Of a DNA stretch of 64,000 nt, positions 59,221 to 64,000 are shown one piece after another (positions within the stretch are counted from its first letter, which is position 1; the number at the start of each line of letters is the position of its first letter). Source of the DNA: Acidimicrobiia bacterium. Its GTDB lineage: Bacteria > Acidobacteriota > Vicinamibacteria > Vicinamibacterales > SCN-69-37. The stretch is taken from the NCBI GenBank assembly GCA_045862915.1, contig BTVE01000001.1, positions 4,320 through 68,319 on the forward strand. Reading direction: 5' to 3'. The position numbers and the translations under genes were made by a program. The notes under the pieces were generated by a model that was given only the letters and a program-made list of their open reading frames with translations, had not been told where the DNA came from and made no database searches.

Positions 59221-59279
59221 CCCGCCGGGTGTTGCCGCACCCGGCGGGTCCTTTCCACAAGTGAGACGCGTCTCACTTG
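59221..59279. terminator. Two strong adjacent hairpins/palindromes between the cyclophilin stop and the PepSY start
   Basis: CCCGCCGGGTG-N6-CACCCGGCGGG at 59221-59248. Perfect 22-bp palindrome CAAGTGAGACGCGTCTCACTTG at 59258-59279. Confidence 0.4.
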
Positions 59280-59340
59280 CCGCGAACAGCATAAACCCGA
59301 CCAAAGAAGTCCGTCAAGGACTGCTCCGGGGGGCCTGTGT

Positions 59341-60453
59341 TCAGCGGCCCTTTTCGAGTCTGACTTTTGTGACGAGCACGGGCTCGCGGGGCGTTTCGCC
59401 GTCGACCGGCACAGCGGCGATGGCCGTCACCGTCTCCATGCCGGCGACGACCCGCGCAAACACGGTGTACGTGTTGTCGAGCGTGCGGCATTCACCTGTG
59501 CAGATGAAGAACGAGGTCGTGGCGCTGCCGGGGTCCTCGCCTCGAGCCATCGAGACGATGCCCGGCACGTTGGGCGTGGGCGTGAACTCCGGCGCAAGTG
59601 TGTGCACGAGCGCATGTTGTTTCGGCGTCAGTGGAGTTCGGCGGTGGGCGGGCGAGCCGGTCTGGATGACGAAGTTCGCCACGACGCGATGGAAGGGCGT
59701 GTCGTCGTACACGCCTGCCGCGGCAAGCTGGAGAAAGTTGCGGACCGTCTCTGGCGCCTTGTCGGCGAGCAGTTCAAACGTGATCTCGCCTTTGGTCGTC
59801 TCGAGCACCGCGCGATAGGAACCGAGGTCTTCGGCGGACGCATCCTTGAAGGGATCCACGGGTGGCGGAGGGGTATCGCGGATCGTAATGGTGTTGATGG
59901 TGACGCGCGTCTTCGCGACGCCATTGGCATCCGCGTCGATGGTCGAGATCGCCTGAACCACCTCGATACCTTCGCTGACGCGGCCGAAGATGGAGTACTG
60001 CCCGTCGAGCGCAGGTTGAGGTGTCGCGCACACGAAGAACTGGAACCCACCGCTGTCGGGTTGACCCGGCGCGAGCACGGCGCTGACGGTGCCCAGCGTG
60101 TGTGTCTCGGCCGGACTGATCTCCCGCTTGAGGCGGTTCATGCCGCCGGTGCCGTACTGCGCGGCCTTGGCCGGGTCTTTGCTGAGCGGATCTCCACCCT
60201 GGATGATCCCGTATTTGATGACCCGGTGAAACGTTGTGCCGTTGTATTCGCCGGCGCGGGCGTTCGTGATGAAGAACCCCACGTGATTGGGAGCGGCCTC
60301 AGGCAAAAGGTCCATGACAAACGTGCCCATCGAGGTCTCGACCACCGCCTGCTTCCGGGCCATCTCGGCTGCCGAAAGTGACGTGGTGAAGAACGTCTGC
60401 CGCACCGCGCCCTGGGACAGGAGCACGGCCACCATCACTGACCAGATCGCCAT
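59341..60453 (-). CDS. Tandem cyclophilin-type peptidyl-prolyl cis-trans isomerase, secreted
   Basis: Two cyclophilin domains (TTFHRVIKYGIIQGGDP, TPFHRVVANFVIQTGSP). N-terminal signal. Confidence 0.9.
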   Translation of the reverse strand: MAIWSVMVAVLLSQGAVRQTFFTTSLSAAEMARKQAVVETSMGTFVMDLLPEAAPNHVGFFITNARAGEYNGTTFHRVIKYGIIQGGDPLSKDPAKAAQYGTGGMNRLKREISPAETHTLGTVSAVLAPGQPDSGGFQFFVCATPQPALDGQYSIFGRVSEGIEVVQAISTIDADANGVAKTRVTINTITIRDTPPPPVDPFKDASAEDLGSYRAVLETTKGEITFELLADKAPETVRNFLQLAAAGVYDDTPFHRVVANFVIQTGSPAHRRTPLTPKQHALVHTLAPEFTPTPNVPGIVSMARGEDPGSATTSFFICTGECRTLDNTYTVFARVVAGMETVTAIAAVPVDGETPREPVLVTKVRLEKGR

Positions 60454-60455
60454 GC

Positions 60456-60471
60456 CTCAGTTTAGACTGAG
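60456..60471. promoter_or_regulatory. 6-4-6 palindrome CTCAGT-TTAG-ACTGAG carrying back-to-back -10 boxes for two divergent leaderless genes
   Basis: Plus TAGACT (60463-60468), then 6 nt to ATG 60475. Minus TAAACT (60464-60459), then 5 nt to ATG 60453. The whole spacer is 21 nt. Confidence 0.4.
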
Positions 60472-60474
60472 CGC

Positions 60475-62148
60475 ATGACGCGACACCTTCTTCCCGCCGG
60501 GCTCCTCCTTCTGACCGTCGCCTGCTCGCCGAATCCGCCGGAGACGATGGATGATCTGCCGGAGATCAACACCGACAACGTGCTCACCGACATCACACGG
60601 CTGGCGTCTGACGAGTTCCGCGGGCGAGCGCCTGGTGGTGAAGGCGAACAGCTCACCGTTGACTACTTGACTGCGCAGTTCAGGGCCGCGGGCCTCGAGC
60701 CCGGCAATCCAGACGGTACCTTCGTGCAGAACGTACCGCTGGTTGGTCTTCGGCCCATGGTCACCGCACCCTTCACGGTCAGGCAGGGCGGCCGGTCACG
60801 GCAGCTGCGCGTGCTGGGTGATGTGGTGCCGTTCAGCACCCGTGTGACCGACACCGTCTCGCTCGATAACTCCGAGATGGTGTTTGTCGGGTATGGCATT
60901 CAGGCGCCGGAGTTCAACTGGGACGACTACAAGGGCGTCGACGTCAAGGGCAAGACCATCCTGATGCTGGTGAACGACCCTCCGATTCCCGGCAATGGAC
61001 CTGCCGGCCTGGACCCGTCGGTGTTTGGCGGCAAGGCGATGACGTATTACGGTCGCTGGACCTACAAGTTCTCCAAGGCGGCCGAGATGGGTGCCGCCGG
61101 CGTGCTGGTCATCCACGAGACAGAACCCGCGGGATACCCGTTCTCGGTCGCGCAGGGCATGGGCGGCGAACGTTTCAACCTGGTGACACCCGACAAGAAC
61201 ATGAGCCGCGCGGCGGTTGAAGGCTGGATCTCACTCGAAGCCACGACTGATCTCTTCAAGGCGGCCGGGCTCGACTTTGATGCGCTGAAGGCGTCGGCGG
61301 CCACCCGCGACTTCACACCTGTGTCGCTGAAGCAGACGGCATCGATCACGCTCTCGCAGCAGATGCGCACGCTCGACTCGAAGAATGTCATCGCGAAGAT
61401 CACGGGCAGCGATCCGGTGCTGAAGGACGAATACGTCATCTACACCGCGCACTGGGACCACCTCGGCATCGCCGCCTCCCCACGCGACGGAGACGACATC
61501 AACAACGGCGCGGTCGACAACGCCAGTGGGACGGCCACGATGATCGAGATTGCCCGGGCGTTCAAGACGATCGAGCCGACGCCCAAACGCACGCTGCTGT
61601 TTCTGGCAGTCACCGCGGAGGAGCAGGGGCTGCTCGGCTCGGAGTACTACGCCAAGTTCCCGCTCTACCCGCTTGAGCGCACACTCGCGAACATCAACAT
61701 CGACGGTATGAATCTTTGGGGCCGCACGTCGGATCTCACCGTGATCGGGTTTGGCGCGTCCGACCTTGACGACTACCTGCAGACGGCCGCCAAGGAGCAG
61801 GGCCGTACCTTGATTCCCGATCCCGAATCAGAAAAGGGCTTCTACTATCGCTCCGACCACTTCAATTTCGCGAAGGTCGGCGTCCCCGCGCTGTATGTGG
61901 ATGATGGTGTGACGTTCATCGGCAAGCCGGCAGACTACGGCCAACAGAAGCGCGACGAGTACAACCGTCGTGACTACCACGCGCCTTCCGACGAGGTGAA
62001 ACCGGACTGGGATCTCGGCGGTCTGGCGCAGGACGCCAGACTCCTGCTGGCCGTCGGCTACCGAGTCGCGCAGGCCCCGACATTCCCGGAATGGAAACCC
62101 GGCAACGAGTTCAAGGCTGTCAGGGACAGGATGCTGGGGAGAGATTAG
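60475..62148 (+). CDS. M28 family metallopeptidase with PA domain, lipoprotein
   Basis: Lipobox LLTVAC. HWDHLG, DNASGTA, EEQGLLGS and YHAPSD motifs. Confidence 0.9.
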   Translation: MTRHLLPAGLLLLTVACSPNPPETMDDLPEINTDNVLTDITRLASDEFRGRAPGGEGEQLTVDYLTAQFRAAGLEPGNPDGTFVQNVPLVGLRPMVTAPFTVRQGGRSRQLRVLGDVVPFSTRVTDTVSLDNSEMVFVGYGIQAPEFNWDDYKGVDVKGKTILMLVNDPPIPGNGPAGLDPSVFGGKAMTYYGRWTYKFSKAAEMGAAGVLVIHETEPAGYPFSVAQGMGGERFNLVTPDKNMSRAAVEGWISLEATTDLFKAAGLDFDALKASAATRDFTPVSLKQTASITLSQQMRTLDSKNVIAKITGSDPVLKDEYVIYTAHWDHLGIAASPRDGDDINNGAVDNASGTATMIEIARAFKTIEPTPKRTLLFLAVTAEEQGLLGSEYYAKFPLYPLERTLANINIDGMNLWGRTSDLTVIGFGASDLDDYLQTAAKEQGRTLIPDPESEKGFYYRSDHFNFAKVGVPALYVDDGVTFIGKPADYGQQKRDEYNRRDYHAPSDEVKPDWDLGGLAQDARLLLAVGYRVAQAPTFPEWKPGNEFKAVRDRMLGRD

Positions 62149-62167
62149 ATTTCAGATTTCAGATCCC
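62142..62167. repeat. Tandem heptamer AGATTTC (about 3.5 copies, decaying)
   Basis: Reads gAGATT AGATTTC AGATTTC AGATCCC. Spans both convergent stop codons (62148 plus, 62159 minus). Confidence 0.85.
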
Positions 62168-62782
62168 CCTCCCCTTCCTCCCCACCCACGTCGTCATGGC
62201 GCGTTGGCCGTGAACGATCGTGGTCTTGAGGGGATCGAGGAGCGCTCCATGTCGGGCTGTGAGCGCCATCAGGTCGCGTTCGGTCGTGAGATACCGCTCG
62301 GAGCCGTCGGGAAGAATGGCGCGACCGTCGCCGAGGTCGCGAATCTGATCGCGGATGCCTTCTGACGATGCCAGGCGCGCGAAGAACAGGCCTCCAGATC
62401 GAAGGACGCGCCACAGCTCCGACACCATCGCGTGAAACTGCGTGTGTCCCGTCGCAAAGTGCAGGACTGCACTGCAGATGACGACGTCGAACTCGTGGTC
62501 GGGAAATGGAAGCCGATCGAGTGTACTGACCTGGGCGCGTTCGCCTGAGATCGGATGGCCGAGTTCAGCGGCAAGTTCGGCAAATGCCGCGACCGCGCGG
62601 GGATTGTGGTCCACGCCCCACACGTGGAATCCCTCAGCGAGCAGGTAATGGGCGTTGCGGCCAGACCCACAGCCCGCATCGAGAATCCGGTCGTCCGGCG
62701 TGATGCGCCCCTTGAGGAGTTGATCGAACAGGTAGATGTCGATCGCACCGAAACGCGCCTGCAGTTCTGTCGTGCCACTCAT
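62159..62782 (-). CDS. Class I SAM-dependent methyltransferase
   Basis: ILDAGCGSGRN (motif I), DVVICSAVLHF. Confidence 0.85.
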   Translation of the reverse strand: MSGTTELQARFGAIDIYLFDQLLKGRITPDDRILDAGCGSGRNAHYLLAEGFHVWGVDHNPRAVAAFAELAAELGHPISGERAQVSTLDRLPFPDHEFDVVICSAVLHFATGHTQFHAMVSELWRVLRSGGLFFARLASSEGIRDQIRDLGDGRAILPDGSERYLTTERDLMALTARHGALLDPLKTTIVHGQRAMTTWVGRKGRGI

Positions 62783-62786
62783 GGAT

Positions 62787-62802
62787 CAGAGTGTAGACTC
62801 TG
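62787..62802. promoter_or_regulatory. 6-4-6 palindrome CAGAGT-GTAG-ACTCTG carrying back-to-back -10 boxes for two divergent leaderless genes
   Basis: Plus TAGACT (62794-62799), then 6 nt to ATG 62806. Minus TACACT (62795-62790), then 7 nt to ATG 62782. The spacer is 23 nt. Confidence 0.4.
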
Positions 62803-62805
62803 CGC

Positions 62806-63927
62806 ATGCACACCCTCCGACGCACACTCCTCATCGGACTTGTCGCGGCTCTCGTAGGACTCGCGCTGCCGCTGGATGCGCAACAATCGTCGCCGGCTCA
62901 GCAAGGAGCGACCGGCGGCCAGGGACGCGGCGGCGGACGGGGACAGCAGGCCCCCATTGATGAGGCGCGCGCGCGGCAGCTGTACGTCAGCAACAAACAC
63001 GAGGACCACCCTCGCGCGAATTATCAGGCGCAGATTGACGCGCGCATGGAAGAAGAGAAGCGGTACGCAGACGCCTGCAAGGGCATCATGGAGTGCACCA
63101 AGGTCACGTACCGCAGCAGCGTCGGCGACCTCGACATTCCCGCCTGGGTATTCCAGCCCATTAATAAGGGTCCTGAGCGCAGTCGTCCGGCCATGGTGTG
63201 GGTGCATGGCGGCGTCCACGGCCGATGGGAAATCCGCTACTTCCCTTTTGTGCGTGAAGCCGTGGCCAAAGGCTACGTGATCATTGCCCCGGACTACCGT
63301 GGGTCGATCGGGTACGGCGAATCGTTCCACAACAAGATCGACTACGGTGGCTACGAGATCGACGATACGATCAGTGCAGCCGACTACCTCAAGACGCTGC
63401 CGCATGTGGATCCGGAACGGCTCGGCATGATGGGCTGGAGCCACGGTGGATTCATCACGCTGCACTCGGTCTTCCGCGAGAAACACCCCTTCAAGGCCGG
63501 TGTGGCGATGGTGCCGGTGACCAACCTGTTCTTCCGGCTCTCATACAAGGGCCCCAGCTATCAGCGCAGCTTCGCCACGATGGAACGGGTCCTCGGGCTC
63601 CCGTTCGAGAAGCGGGAGATCTACAAAGAGCGGTCGCCCATCTATCACGTCGACAAGTTACAAGTGCCGTTGCTGGTTCACGTCGCAACCAACGATACCG
63701 ACGTGAACTTCGAAGAAGCGGAGCAGATCATCGATGCGCTTCGGGCCCGCAAGCCGAGGCTTGCCGAGACGAAGGTGTACGTCAATCCCACGCCCGGTCC
63801 GGCGAGTGTGGGCCACACGTTCAACCGGCGCGTGAACACCGACACGCTGCAACGCGACGACTCGCCAGAACAGATCGACTCCTGGAATCTGGTCTGGGCG
63901 TTCTGGAAGAAACACCTCGGTCGCTGA
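62806..63927 (+). CDS. S9 family (prolyl oligopeptidase/dipeptidyl aminopeptidase-like) serine peptidase, secreted
   Basis: Signal peptide. Nucleophile elbow GWSHGG. VHGGVHG oxyanion region. Alpha/beta-hydrolase C-terminal half. Confidence 0.85.
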   Translation: MHTLRRTLLIGLVAALVGLALPLDAQQSSPAQQGATGGQGRGGGRGQQAPIDEARARQLYVSNKHEDHPRANYQAQIDARMEEEKRYADACKGIMECTKVTYRSSVGDLDIPAWVFQPINKGPERSRPAMVWVHGGVHGRWEIRYFPFVREAVAKGYVIIAPDYRGSIGYGESFHNKIDYGGYEIDDTISAADYLKTLPHVDPERLGMMGWSHGGFITLHSVFREKHPFKAGVAMVPVTNLFFRLSYKGPSYQRSFATMERVLGLPFEKREIYKERSPIYHVDKLQVPLLVHVATNDTDVNFEEAEQIIDALRARKPRLAETKVYVNPTPGPASVGHTFNRRVNTDTLQRDDSPEQIDSWNLVWAFWKKHLGR

Positions 63928-63943
63928 ATCGCGACCGTCGAGA

Positions 63944-64000
63944 TCAATCGGTACGCAACGCCACCATCGGATCGACCGATGCGGCGCGGAGCGCCGGCAC
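63944..64000 (-). CDS. 3' end of another FtsX/ADOP-type permease (truncated by window edge)
   Basis: The reverse strand reads VPALRAASVDPMVALRTD-stop, matching the conserved permease C-terminus. Confidence 0.65.
   Translation of the reverse strand: MPALRAASVDPMVALRTD

Overview
High-GC (roughly two thirds G+C by eye) chromosomal segment. Its gene content points to Acidobacteriota, an inference from the many ADOP-type 'acidobacterial duplicated orphan permease' genes paired with PadR regulators. Coding density is high on both strands, and the six-frame track contains many long antisense shadow ORFs typical of high-GC DNA, which I ignored. I found no rRNA, tRNA or CRISPR. Main content, left to right:
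- Two PadR/ADOP units, then a BlaI/BlaR1 pair.
- One IS110-family insertion, the only mobile element.
- DUF3500, another PadR-ADOP unit and proline dehydrogenase.
- A ParC-like topoisomerase subunit preceded by an orphan Dam methylase.
- A PqiA-like protein and an unusual Lnt-like/OMP-like fusion ORF.
- AraC, Phd-VapC and an EF-hand beta-propeller.
- Two more ADOPs with a PadR, a TolB-like protein, DinB and a small c-type cytochrome.
- A CadC-like regulator, a frameshifted serine hydrolase and an ECF sigma factor.
- RegB/RegA, a class-II UvrA paralogue and a copC-copD-mbnP-mbnH copper cluster.
- An alanine/glycine symporter, a second CopD, MocR and CsbD.
- Two more PadR-ADOP units flanking an OMP, then a PepSY protein.
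- A cyclophilin, M28 and S9 peptidases and a methyltransferase.
Most worth a second look:
1. The long cytoplasmic N-terminal prefix occurs only on PadR-coupled ADOPs.
2. A BlaI-type operator is shared between blaI and a convergent PadR-less ADOP operon.
3. An Lnt-like enzyme is fused in frame to an OMP-like module behind an intact-looking internal signal peptide.
4. Many genes have a leaderless architecture using a recurrent TAGACT -10 box, including two palindromic back-to-back promoters.
5. An array of six SD-like octamers sits in a PadR 5' UTR.
6. A REP-like hairpin family recurs in intergenic spacers.
All functional calls rest on motif recognition by eye. No database search was run.
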